Source: Octopus bimaculoides (taxonomy: Eukaryota). Taken from it: 64,000 nt of DNA. The position numbers and the translations under genes were made by a program. The stretch lies in contig NC_068994.1 in the NCBI RefSeq assembly GCF_001194135.2, positions 37,554,549 through 37,618,548 on the forward strand, in the 5' to 3' direction. Position 1 is the first letter of the stretch, and every line of letters starts with the position of its first letter. The notes beneath the pieces are model-generated. The model did not search any database and was not told the origin of the DNA. It saw nothing but the letters and a program-made list of their open reading frames with translations. Below, in pieces: positions 10,671-22,269 of this stretch.

Positions 10671-11416
10671 TGGGACTGACATAACGAAAATCCATCAACA
10701 CAAACCAATATACAGAAGGCCCATTAGAGGATCCAGACAGACACAATCATGTATAATGATACACACAGCTCATAGACATGTTGATCAAAGACTGTTCTTG
10801 TGTCTAGGATTAGTAGCTCCCAGAGGCAAGATGAATTTTGGTGCTCTTGCAAATGTAATTTAAAAGAAGTTTTTTCACAAGCCATAAAAACTGCATATAT
10901 AAGGCTACAATTATAATTTTTTATATCTTATATATTTCATCTGTTCTAGGCAGTTTTCTGACCATGCTGGAGCACCACTTTTAAGGGTTTAGTTGAACAA
11001 AATGAACTCCAGTGCTTTTTCTTTTCTAAGTCAAGTAACTATTCTATTGGTCACTTTCGTCAAACCACTAAGTTACAGGGATATAAATAAACCAACACTG
11101 AGTTTGAAGCAGCAGGAGAGGACATGCACACACACAAAGACATATACACATATACAAACACAAATATGCACACATTTACATATATCTATATCTATACATA
11201 TCTCCCTATCTGTCTGTATATGTCTATATATATGGCTGTGTGGTAAGTAGCTTGCTTACGAACCACATGGTTCCGGGTTCAGTCCCACTGCATGGCACCT
11301 TGGGCAAGTGTCTTCTACTATAGCCTCGGGCCGACCAAAGCCTTGTGAGTAGGTTTGGTAGACGGAAACTGAAAGAAGCCCATCGTATATATGTATGTAT
11401 ATATATATATATATAT

Positions 11417-11663
11417 GGGAGAATATACAAATAATAACAACAGACGAGGACAGGTGGTGTAAATAACAAAAGTATATATTAGTATGACGCTCGGGAGACG
11501 AGGACAGGTGGTGTAAATAACAAAAGTATATATTAGTATGACGCTCGGGAATATGGAAAGTCTTTGACGTTTCGAGCTACGCTCTTCAACAGAAAGAATA
11601 CGGAGACAAGGAGAAAAACACGGAGAAAAAAAATTGAATAGTGTTCAGTCAACGGTCAATCAT
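11417..11663 (-). mobile_element. Non-autonomous Penelope-like terminal-repeat unit with hammerhead-like motif
   Basis: Inserted after (TA)n. Same termini as 60378-60570. Internal perfect 54-bp tandem duplication (11442-11495 / 11496-11549). Confidence 0.65.
11561..11597 (-). ncRNA. Minimal type-I hammerhead-like fold (non-canonical core)
   Basis: Minus strand: TCTTT-CTGTTGA-A-GAG-CGTAG-CTC-GAAAC-GTC-AAAGA. Stem I TCTTT/AAAGA, stem II GAG/CTC, palindromic ACGT helix III, GUC triplet. A6 is replaced by U. Confidence 0.55.
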
Positions 11664-12061
11664 GTCCGTGTGTGTGTCTGTGTTTGTTCCCCCACCATCG
11701 CTTCACAACCGATGCTGGTGTGTTTATGCCCCCGTAACTTAGCGGTTCAGCAAAAAGAGACGGATAGACTAAGTACTAGGCTTACAAAGAATAAGTCCTG
11801 GGGTTGATTTTCTCGACTAAAGGCGGTGCTCCAGCATGGCCGCAGTCAAATGACTGAAACAAGTAAAAGAGTAAAAGAGTATATATATATATATATATAT
11901 ATATTTAATAGAAGCATGAGAGTGACTCAAGGGGCAAGAGTTTTGTGCCAAAGCATGAAATTCTTGGCCCTTGAGTCACTCACTGCTTTGCTTCTGCTAA
12001 ATATTTATAAAAATATGCGTATACTCAGACATTTTCCCTGTTTGCATCACCATAGCTGCAG

Positions 12062-12240
12062 GTAGTTCAGTCTGCAGGATGGTTGGCATTAATAAGGGCA
12101 TCTAACCGTAAAAAGGCCATGCTAAAACAGACACTAAAGCTTGGTACAGTCTTCTGCCTATCCAGCTTGTGTCAGACCATCCAACCCATGCCAGCATGGA
12201 AAGCAGACGTTAAATGACTACGACGATGATGATGATATAA
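12062..12240 (+). mobile_element. RTE-type 3'-tail repeat (family C)
   Basis: GGTTGGCATTAATAAGGGCATC...CCAACCCATGCCAGCATGGAAAGCAGACGTTAAA...(GAT)n. Confidence 0.75.
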
Positions 12241-12755
12241 TAAACACATAATGGGATTTTTTAAAAACTGTTGAATGGCTTTAGGAGTCCAGTAAACTAG
12301 GAATCAACGGGACCCAGGTGGAAAAAAAACTGGTTTAGAACCACTGTGGCAGACAGACATGGACATACGTAAGATATTTTCTCATGTTAGGAAGGTGATA
12401 CAAGTGCACAGTACAGACACATGGATATAGGGAGACATAGTGGCTATGCTGAATCTACACACGCGCGTGCGAGCACACGCACAGACATACACAGACAGAC
12501 AGACAGACACACACACACACACATTACAAGCACAAGCATACACATATACATAGGCATTGCAGCCAGTACAAATACATACTCTGACAGAGGTAGATACTAT
12601 ACCGATAGTGGGAAGCCGTTCACAAAGCGCGCACACACACACACACATAGAATACGTAGTACAAACACGCGGACACACACATAATGTAATCAGTAAAGAT
12701 ACACGCTGTATAGACAGAACAAACACACAAACGTAGAGAGAGACATTATATTGAT

Positions 12756-12791
<36 letters not shown>

Positions 12792-12974
12792 GTGTATGGA
12801 GAGTACAGACATAGACACACACATAAACACAGAAACAGAAAGGTAGATGCTATATTGATATCACTGATGCACAGACACGGGCTTGACATAAACAGCACAG
12901 ATTCATAGCCACATCCACGCAGACAGAGGCTATTCTTTATACGCGCGCACAAGTCGTATCGGTGGATCGAATAC

Positions 12975-13250
12975 ATAGACACAGACAGAGCGAGGTAGAT
13001 GCTATGTTAACGGAACGGACACACAGACACAGACAGAGCGAGGTAGATGCTATGTTAACGGAACGGACACACAGACACAGACAGAGCGAGGTAGATGCTA
13101 TGTTAACGGAACGGACACACAGACACANNNNNNNNNNGGACACACAGACACAGACAGAGCGAGGTAGATGCTATGTTAACGGAACGGACACACAGACACA
13201 GACAGAGCGAGGTAGATGCTATGTTGACGGAACGGACACACAGACACAGA
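12975..13250. repeat. 48-bp minisatellite, at least 5 copies, interrupted by a 10-N gap
   Basis: Unit ACACACAGACACAGACAGAGCGAGGTAGATGCTATGTTAACGGAACGG. CGAGGTAGAT recurs at 12991, 13039 and 13087. Confidence 0.95.
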
Positions 13251-13405
13251 AACAAGGTGGAATAGTGGTCATCCTAACAGCATAGCTACGCAGGCTTGAA
13301 CATGATTTCAACGGTACGGACACACAGACACAGACGTGGTAGATGTTGTTATGATAGTACAGATACTTGTACAGACGCGCGTGCACACACACACACGCTT
13401 ACATT

Positions 13406-13619
13406 CTTTTCTACTCTATGCACAAGGCCCGAAATTTTGGGGGAGGGGCCAGTCGATTAGATCGACCTCAGTACGCAACTGGTACTTAATTTATCGACCC
13501 CGAAAGGATGAAAGACAAAGTCGATCTCGGCGGAATTTGAACTCAGAGCGTAACGGCAGACGAAATACCGCTAAACATTTCGCCCGGCGCGCTAACGTTT
13601 CTGCCAGTTCGCCGCCTTA
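13406..13619 (-). mobile_element. Young SINE family B (CpG intact)
   Basis: Reverse complement AAGGCGGCGAACTGGCAGAAACGTTAGC...CTGAGTTCAAATTCCGCCGAGATCGACTTTG...GGTCGATAAATTAAGTACCAG. Confidence 0.9.
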
Positions 13620-14311
13620 CACCCCCCCCCCCNNNNNNNNNNNNNNNNNNNNNNNNNNNNNNNNNNNNNNCCCCCCCACACACGCACACACACACACGCA
13701 CACACACACGCACATACACACATGCATACACATAAACATACACACACACACACACACGCACATATATATATACACACACAAATGTACAGGTGTATTCTGA
13801 GTGGTGGCTGTGGGAGTGTCCATTTGTCTAAACAGTAAGCATTCAGTTATTTGAATAACTGAACACCCCTCATGAAATTATGAGATTAAAATGCAACTGG
13901 CTGAGTATTCCACAGACACACATGGAATAATGTTCTAAGTTTGAATCAGTGTGACATGGTAGGTAACTCAAGTAGAACCTTTGAATTATCAGTAAAAATC
14001 CAGAAAGAGAGGGAGAGAGAGCGAGAGGAAGAAAGAGAGAGAGAAACTTAGACAGACAACAGACATAGACAAAGACAGTCAGACAGAGACGAGAGAGAGA
14101 GAGAGAAGGAGGTCCTTGTACAGTATAATGTATATAACATGCTTAAATGATTAAGATATACAGATATGCCGACAACCATATACACAGATTATATATTTGG
14201 TACATAATATCAATGGTAAAGTGAAGAAATAAAATGATGTGCAATGTCCTGCCCATTTCATTGATTTATATTACAGTTATTTGTGTGACTTTTGGCAATA
14301 TGCTGTGCTAG

Positions 14312-14612
14312 AGAAGACTCGTCAAGCCAAGTGAAACCATAGTTGTGGCCATTGCTGGTGTCACATAAGTGTCACCCATGCTGGTGGTACATGAAAGCAC
14401 CCATGCCAGTGGCACATAAAAGCACCTATGCCGGTGTACGTAAAAAGCACCTCTTACACTCTTGGAGTGGTTGGCATTAGGAAGGGCATCCAGCCATAGA
14501 AAGCATGCCAAATCAGACTGGGACTCGGTGCAGCTCTCCGGCTTACCAGTTCCAGTCAAACTGTCTAATGCATGCTTGCATGGAAAGCAGACACTAAAGG
14601 ATGATGATGACT
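14312..14612 (+). mobile_element. RTE-type 3'-tail repeat (family C)
   Basis: Tandem GGCACATAAAAGCACC-like subrepeats, TTAGGAAGGGCATCCAGCC, (GAT)n end. Confidence 0.75.
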
Positions 14613-14960
14613 GCATCTTGACTTGTATTATTAGCATATTACTCAGGCAGATGTAATAAGACTGAGTCATTTGTATTATTAGGCTGCCATGAAGTTTCTG
14701 TATCTCACTGTGCTATAATGTAAACCTCAGGTACAATGGTGAAGCTTTAGGGTAGGGTTGGTCTGTAGTTAGTGATGATTTTAAGGGGGTGATGGCACTT
14801 TTGTGTCCATGCAATATGTTGTATTTTTTTCGGAGAACATGTAGAAGGTAGTAAATTCATGAGCTGCCCCATATAGTACACACTCTCACTACAACCATTC
14901 TCTGGCAAATACATCATGGCTCGAGGCTGGGTTTTTTTGACATACAGGTAGAGTTTTATA

Positions 14961-15616
14961 CAGCATGGAATTAACCATACAGCAACATAAGCACATACTT
15001 AGGGCATCAAGAGAAGTCGGGACACCACAGAAATGATAAATGGGAAGCTGGCAGAAACGTTAGCATGCCGGGCGAAATGCTTTGTGGTATTTCATCTGCC
15101 GTTACGTTCTGAGTTCAAATTCCACTAAGGTCGACTTTGCCTTTCATCCTTTTGGGGGTCGATAAATTAAGTACCAGTTACGCACTGGAGTCGATATAAT
15201 TGACTTAATCCCTTTGTCTGTCCTTGTTTGTCCCCTCTATGTTTAGCCCCTTGTGGGCAATAAAGAAATAAGAAATGATAAATGGCTTACAGCACAAAAG
15301 AAATCATTTTAAACTTGCTAAAGTAATATTTGACGTGGTTTAAATGACTAGCATTAACATTTCAAAGTTCTCATGGTGTCATAGTGAGGATTTGGTGAAC
15401 ACTTCGCAATTAGAAAAAGTAGGTGAAAACTTTTCAAATATAAATAAAGTGGAAGTACATAAAAATAAACATTATTTTCCATCTTTCTGGTAGTTGTGTC
15501 TCATTTTGAAAAGTAAATTTTATTATATAATTTATTATTGTTTATATTTTGAATTACATGGGGACTACAAAATCTTTTAAGTTCTTAAGGCCTTTATGGA
15601 TCTTAATTCATCCCTG
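14961..15616. mobile_element. hAT-type MITE containing a nested SINE B
   Basis: Perfect 8-bp TSD GTTTTATA (14953-14960, 15617-15624). Decayed TIRs CAGCATGGAATTAA and TTAATTCATCCCTG. Body matches 17876-18301. Confidence 0.8.
15044..15270 (+). mobile_element. Young SINE family B with 15-bp TSD
   Basis: TSD AGAAATGATAAATGG at 15029-15043 and 15271-15285. Ends TAAAGAAATA. Confidence 0.9.
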
Positions 15617-15677
15617 GTTTTATACTATATCTTGTGTGATATAATGAAAGGTTGAATATTCCATAGATGAAGTACAG

Positions 15678-16155
15678 GCATGGCTGTGTGGTTAAGAAGT
15701 TTGTGTACCAACCACAAGGTTTTGTGTTTTCAGTCTCACTGCGTGGCACCTTGAGAAAGTGTCTTCTATTATAGCCAAGGGCAGACATAAACCTGGTGAG
15801 TGGATGTGATAGACAGAAACAAATTGGAAATCTGTCATACATGTATGCATATATACATACATACCTATATATATGTATGTATGTATGTATGTGTGATATT
15901 GAGTATGGGTGTTTATATATTTGTATCTCCTTGTCTTGACATTGTGTGATTGTTGCAAATGAATTCCATTCATTTCCAATATTCTGTGAAAATATGTCTG
16001 ACCATGGAGAAATATTGCCTTGCGTGGAAACAGTTGAAGTTTGAAGACAGCAAGAGTATCCAGCTGTAGAAAATTTCCTCCACCCAATAAACTCCGACTG
16101 ACTCATGCAAACATTGAAAAGTAGACATTAAAATGATAATGATGAGTGATGATGA
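15678..16155 (+). mobile_element. Chimeric SINE: family-A head with RTE-type tail
   Basis: A head and core (GGCTGTGTGGTTAAGAAG, CCTTGAGAAAGTGTCTT), then a different body ending AGAGTATCCAGCTGTAGAAAA...CATGCAAACATTGAAAAGTAGACATTAAAA(TGA)n. Related 3' parts at 33540-33790, 44020-44215 and 50170-50530. Confidence 0.65.
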
Positions 16156-16199
16156 TTCACTGAATGTGCATGAATGGCAGGGCATAGATGGGCTGAGAG

Positions 16200-16444
16200 A
16201 AAATCAGTTGTGGTGAGCAAGGGAAATGGCTGTTGGTATAATCATGCAAGGTATATATGGCTGAAGAAAGCTGAGTGATGAAGTGCCAGGAGATACTTTT
16301 GGAGAAAACTAATGGAAGGGAAAGATCAAGGAAGACATGGACAGAAATGGTGATGGTTGACCTCAGAGAGCTGAACTTCACAAAGCAGATGACAAAGGAA
16401 TGCAAAACAAATGGTAAGATGCTGTATTGCAGAAAACCTGTCCA
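16200..16444 (+). mobile_element. RTE-clade LINE, decayed ORF C-terminus
   Basis: KCQEILLEKTNGRERSRKTWTEMVMVDLRELNFTKQMTKE resembles the RTE end motif (C..L.VEG...RGRPRKTW.EVV..DL..L.LT.EM). Confidence 0.6.
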
Positions 16445-16834
16445 GGCGCAGGAGTGGCTGTGTGGTAAGTAGCTTGCTTACCAACCACATGGTTCTGGGT
16501 TCAGTCCCACTGCGTGGCACCTTGGGCAAGTGTCTTCTACTATAGCCTCAGGCCGACCAAAGCCTTGTGAGTGGATCTGGTAGACGCAAACTGAAAGAAG
16601 CCCGTCGTATATATGTATGTGTGTTTGTGTGTCTGTGTTTGTCCCCCCACAATCGTTTGACAACCGATGCTGGTGTGTTTCCGTCCCCGTAACTTAGTGG
16701 TTTGGCAAAAAGAGACCGATAGAATAAGTACTAGGCTTACAAAGAATAAGTCCTGGGGTCGATTTGCTCGACTGAAGGCGGTGCTCCAGCATGGTCACAG
16801 TCAAATGACTGAAACAAGTAAAAGAGTAAAAGAG
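16445..16834 (+). mobile_element. Young full-length SINE family A
   Basis: GGCGCAGGAGTGGCTGTGTGG through AAACAAGTAAAAGAGTAAAAGAG, with a short central microsatellite. Confidence 0.9.
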
Positions 16835-16999
16835 GATTCATGCAAAGATGAAAAAAAACTGACATAAAATTGATGACAGTGATGATGGTGGTAGTGGAGA
16901 TAATGATCATGGTGGTGATGATGATGACAATGAGGATGCTGCTGCTGATAGAGATGATAAGGAATATGAAGGGGGGGGGGGAGAACAGGAGGATCTGTT

Positions 17000-17451
17000 C
17001 AATTCAGTGGCCATTGATCAATGAGCACATATGTGAGGATTTGCATCAATCCAATAGGGAAATTGACCCAGCAAATGGGATACTTTCGTGATACCATTGT
17101 TTGTCACCTTCACTCCATGGCGACAAGATATGCTTTATCAACACAGTAACACTCACACACATGTTGCTAATTTAACCAAGTATGTTATTCAAGAGCTCTC
17201 TTGGGCCATTCTAATACATGTATTCTCTTAATGTATTCTACTGATACAGCATCTTCAGATTATTTCCTTTCCCAATCACTCTCCGGCAGTTTGTGAAACA
17301 TTTCATTTAACAATGATATGAAGCTGAAAACGTGGCTTCCTGAAGTCTTTCAGTTAAGACCTGGTGAGTTCTACCATCAAGGCACTGACAAGCAAGAAAT
17401 TAGAACATTGGCAAGAAAATGTGAAAAATGAAGGAGAATACATTGGTTTCA
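17000..17451 (+). mobile_element. mariner transposase remnant (C-terminal catalytic region)
   Basis: MLYQHSNTHTHVANLTKYVIQELSWAILIH (cf. HDNARPH), YSTDTASSDYFL (cf. YSPDLAPSDY), LKTWLPEVFQLRPGEFYHQG and EHWQENVKNEGEYI, with frameshifts and stops. Confidence 0.75.
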
Positions 17452-17875
17452 AATTTTAGTATAAAACCAGAAATTTTGTGGGAGGGACCAAGTCAATTAC
17501 ATTGACTCTGGTACTTGATCAGTACTCATTTTATCAACCCTGATAGGATGAAAGGGAAAGTCAACTTTGGTGGAATTTGAATTCAGAACATAACAACAGG
17601 CGGCTGGCAGAAATGTTAGTGCGCCGGGCGAAATGCCTAGCGGTATTTCGTCTGCAGTTATGTTCTGAGTTCAAATCCGCCGAGGTCGACTTTGCCTTTC
17701 ATCCTTTCGGGGTCGATAAATTAAGTACCAGTTAAGTACTGGGGTCGATACAATCGATAAATCCGTTTGTCTGGTCTTGTTTAGCCCTTGTGGGCAATAA
17801 AGAAATAAGAACATAACAACAGACAAAATGTCACTAAACATTTTACCTGGCATGCTAATGACTCTGCCTACTTAC
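17452..17875 (-). mobile_element. Old SINE B containing an inverted young SINE B
   Basis: Minus-strand B motifs on both sides of the nested insert. Confidence 0.7.
17600..17807 (+). mobile_element. Young SINE family B with 15-bp TSD
   Basis: TSD AGAACATAACAACAG at 17585-17599 and 17808-17822. Ends TAAAGAAATA. Confidence 0.9.
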
Positions 17876-18301
17876 CAGCACTGGATTAACCATTAAGCGA
17901 AATAAGCAGGTGCTTAGGGCATCAAGGGAAGGAGGGGGCACCACAGAAATGGTAAATGGTTTACAGCACAAAAGAAATCACTTTAAACTTGCTAAAATAT
18001 GATTCAGGATGCCTTTATCTCTACTAAGTATAGATGCAGATGTGTTACCTAAGATTAATTTTGAGGATCTGATCAAAGACTCTGCAATTCAAAAAAGTAG
18101 GAGGAAACTTTTCAAATATAAATAAAATGGAAGTATACAAAAATTAACATTATTTTCCCTCTTACTCTTTTGTTTCGTTTTGAAAAATAGAAATTTATTT
18201 TACAGTTTGTTATTGTTTATATTTTGAATTACTTAATCTTTTGTGGGGTCACCAAAATCTTTTAAGTGCTTAGGGCCTCAATGGGCCTTAATCCGACCTT
18301 G
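17876..18301. mobile_element. hAT-type MITE (same family as 14961-15616)
   Basis: TIRs CAGCACTGGATTAA and TTAATCCGACCTTG. Decayed 8-bp TSD CTACTTAC/CTGCTCAC. Shared body CTTAGGGCATCAAG...CACCACAGAAATG. Confidence 0.75.
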
Positions 18302-19242
18302 CTGCTCACCACCTTATTGAAGGAGAATAAATTCACTTCAAATTTTGGCACAAAGTGAACAAATTTGGGGAAGTGTGTTTGTCGATTACATCTACCCCAG
18401 TACTCTACTGGTGCTTATTTAATTGACCCTGAGAGGATGACAGATGGAATTTGAACTCAGAATGCAGAGACAGATAAAATGCCACTAAGCATTTTGTCTG
18501 ATGTGCAAATTCCTCTGCCAGCTTACTTCTTTAGTAGAAGAATACATTCATGACTGATTTTCTGAAATTGTTGATGAAAAATAAGGATTAACAGAAATGG
18601 GGGCAAAAAAAAAACTATCCAAATTATCTGACAATTCAGTATTAAAGTGGAAATGGCTAAATATTCCGTAGTGTTAATGTTATCTTCAGACAAACACACA
18701 GACTGCGTTACACATTATGTAGAAAGGTGGGTATGATTTATTTCTGTATAATCCATATGATGGCTAACCATACAATTTCCATCAATCATATTTTGCTCTC
18801 AATGCTTTGGTTTGACCAATGCCATGCTCAAGTCCCTTTGTCTAAAGTACCATGTAATAGGATTGAAACCAAGAGTCCATAACTGAAGCTAGAAGTTCTG
18901 AAACATTTCACCAGAGTTGCACCCAATGGCAGAAACATACTCATATACACATATATGCAGAGAGAATGATACATACACACAGAGGTAGAATGAAACACAT
19001 TTGCACACATGCACATGCATGAGCATGCGCACACACACACATACATACACACACACAGGATCACACTAACACACACATATACACATATGTCGACATAATA
19101 TGATATTTTCATTCACTGATCACATGTGACTATCTTTGTACACATGTGACCTGTGAATGAAACAAACACACAGGCATATTTTCCTAAAGAATGGCTGAAT
19201 ACATGGATGCATATTCATGTGTGTATGTTTATATATACATTA

Positions 19243-19397
19243 TTTACATTATTTACAATTGACGGATATTTGTCCTCATCTTGTTTGTTGTTAACACAAT
19301 GTTTCGGCTGATATACCCTCCAGACTTCATCAGGTGTTTTGGGGAAATTTTAAACCTGGGCTCTCATTCTCAAGGTATTTTTCGATGTTGTTATTAA
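19243..19397 (-). mobile_element. Penelope-like terminal repeat with hammerhead motif (same family as 31325-31830)
   Basis: Reverse complement AAAAATACCTTGAGAATGAGAG...AACAC-CTGATGA-A-GTCTG...CAGCC-GAAAC-ATT-GTGTT...GATGAGGACAAATATCC...(GTAAATAAT)n. Confidence 0.65.
19293..19338 (-). ncRNA. Minimal hammerhead fold, canonical CUGAUGA core, decayed helix III
   Basis: Stem I AACAC/GTGTT, stem II G(T)CTG/CAGCC, GAAAC, then ATT where the sister copy at 31756 has GTT. Confidence 0.55.
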
Positions 19398-19419
19398 GGA
19401 AATAAACATATATACACAA

Positions 19420-20830
19420 GTGTGCAGATACAGCTTCCATCTCCCCACACAGACACAGGCATAAATACACACACTTGCACACAAATGCATACATACATGG
19501 ACATATACACAAAAATATGCATAGACCAAATGGTACAAACACACAGACTCACGTTCACACATACACAGTTACATACACTCATACATGTGCATATATATAT
19601 ATATATATATACACACATACACACACTTTCCCATATACAAATACATGCATAAACTGAATGGTAGACATGCAGACACAGTTATACACATATACATACACAC
19701 GCATACATACACAGTTATACATACACAGTTATACATACACACTCATACACACACACACACACACACATACACACACACACAAAGAGAGATACACACATGC
19801 ACATAATTCAGATAAAGACTGAATGGTATAATCAGTTACCCATACACAGTCTACACAAACTGCATAGAACAGATGCACAGACACAGGTGAACACACACAC
19901 ACGCACGCGCACGCACACACACACACAATCGCAGATACTGATGAAATGGTTCGGACACACAGACACAAGCAGGTGCTAAGGCATAGTCACCGGTACAGAC
20001 ACACAGACACAGCTTCACACACACATACAGTGAATTATCCAGATACACATGCACAATTATAAACACACTCTCATATACATATACACATAAAGTGGAGATA
20101 CAAACGCACCAGACACAGTTCCACACACACACACACACACACAAATTCTCTCCCATATGCACTCACAGACACACTCTTCCACATACACACACAGGCACAT
20201 ACACACTGATGCACACATACACACAGATACACACAGACACTCACACATACAAACAGCCAAATGAGACAATTGGGCACGTCTGTTCGGATGCTGACAATTT
20301 AGCATGGCTGACTGGACATTCAACCTATTTTGGTGACAGTACATTCAGGCACTAGAGGCAAACACACGTACACATATGCAGAAATATATTCAAATGCAAT
20401 GTGAGTGAGTGAGAGAGAGAGAGGTGGGGAGAGATTGCATATGTATACAAACATAACCAGATGCTCTCATACAGAAAAGGTGAGAGATAGAGATAGAGAA
20501 ATATATATATATATAGAAAGAGAGAGAGAGGGAGGGAGAGGGGGGAGAGAGGGGGAGTGAGGGAGAGAGATAGAAATAGATTGCATATGTATACAAATAT
20601 AACTAGATGCTTTCATACAGAGAGGGTGAGTGATAGAGATAGGGAGAAATATATATATATATATATCTTTAGGAAGAGAGAGAGAGAGAGAGAAAGAGGG
20701 AGAGACAGTGGGAGAGAGAGAGAGATTGCATATATATACAAGCATAACTAGATGCTCTCCTACAGAGAGGGTGAGAGATAGAAATAGAGAGAAATAGAGA
20801 GAAAATTGGGGAGAGAAGGAGAAACAATCA
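19420..20830. repeat. Compound (CA)/(TA)/(GA) microsatellite block ending in three ~146-bp tandem units
   Basis: GATTGCATAT recurs at 20433, 20579 and 20724. Confidence 0.85.
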
Positions 20831-21414
20831 TTAAAACAAAAGAAGCATTGAAATGTCCAATGTCCAGTAAGTCAGCATTGAATCAGTGATATCAAGTAGG
20901 CAGGGCCAAAATGGCTGTGCCAACTTGCTTCATACTCTTCAACCAGGCTTCTGTACACACACACACACACACTTTCAGTTTAATCTCACACAATTGCCTC
21001 TCCATACACACACAAAGATAAATGACAGGACACTCACACATGCACGCATAAAACACACACACACACACACACTACCACACACATACAAGCACACTTACAG
21101 TAATTATAGTGTGTTGTAAAATTTCAAATAACTGTTGTACAATTTTCTCATTCATTTAGGTATCTGTCAATCATAAAAGCACAAGTAAGGGAGGTAATTC
21201 TAATAAGTTCAGCTAATTGAAAATTAAAAAAAGTTTAGTAATTGATATGGGAAAGGATCTTGGTTTAAAGCCAATTGGTAAGAACAGCAGACATAATCCA
21301 GTGGTATTAGTTTGATAACCAATGCTTTGATAGCATATGGTAAAATTTTAAGTTTATAATGCTTGTCTATTCAAACTGTTATCTTTGAATTTACAATATA
21401 TTTCAGTTTGTGAA

Positions 21415-21735
21415 GGCATGTGGCTTAGTGGTTGGAGTATTTGGCTTACGATCACAAGGTTGTGAGTTCAATTCCCAGCGATGCATTGTGTTCTTGAGCA
21501 AGACACTTTATTTCATGTTGCTCCAGTCCACTCAGTGGGTAAAAGTAAGTAGTACCTGTATTTCAAAGTGCTAGCCTTGTCACACTCTGTGTCATGCTGA
21601 ATCTCCCTGAGAACTACATTAAGGGTACACATGTTTGTTGAGTGCTCAGCCACATGCATGTTAATTTCCCGTGCATGCTATTCTGTTGATCGAATCAACT
21701 GGAACCCTTATCATTGTAATCGATGGAGAGCCAGT
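21415..21735 (+). mobile_element. SINE family E, near full length
   Basis: Head GTGGCTTAGTGGTTGGAG...GAGTTCAATTCCC, central CTTGAGCAAGACACTTTATTTCA, tail GAGTGCTCAGCCAC...ATCAACTGGAACCC. Other copies at 7430-7600 (-), 13830-14000 (-) and 57765-58055 (+). Confidence 0.8.
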
Positions 21736-22269
21736 TTTTATATTCAGTTTAAATGCAAGGTCTCGAAAGATTTGAAAAGATATTCATAAAAAATTAGATG
21801 TTATATTAGATGCCATATTTTCCTTGAGTCATATTGTTGATGTTTATAATCAATGTAAATAAGTACACTCTATGAATATCAAAAAAGGATCAATGGTCCT
21901 TCCTGAATCTTAGGCTCATAAGACTAATTTTCTGAACTCTGAATTGTGTTTATCTGCACCCTGGATGGGCTGCTGGTTCATCGCAGGATTACTCATCTTA
22001 CAACATGAAATAAAATGTCTTACTCAAGAACACAATGCATCGTCGAGGCCAGGAATCAAAACCACAATCTTACAATCATGAGTGCAACACTCCAACCACT
22101 AAGCCACATACGTCTACCCTCTCAGCATATGCAAACACATACAGTGAAACCTCAATTAACAAATGTATCTCATCATGAACAAATCAGTTCTCGAATAATG
22201 TTTTGAACAAAGAAAATCTCAGGTGGTGAATGGCATCTCAAGTAATAAATGTGCAAGCTGGCAAAATCA

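Larger units (their letters stand above)
11233..11880 (+). mobile_element. Young SINE family A split by an insertion in its central microsatellite
   Basis: Near-consensus head TGGCTGTGTGGTAAGTAGC...GGGTTCAGTCCC (11233-11385) and tail (11664-11880) ending (GTAAAAGA)n. Confidence 0.9.

Noticed and set aside
12280-12346. Charlie-type right TIR (GGTTTAGAACCACTG)
   Set aside because: No matching left TIR or TSD found, so it was not called as an element.
12975-13250. CRISPR-like regular repeats
   Set aside because: Units are contiguous with no unique spacers, there are no cas genes, and the context is eukaryotic.
21160-21184. 25-nt micro-exon candidate (CATTTAG|...CAA|GTAAGG)
   Set aside because: Too short to distinguish from chance without transcript data.
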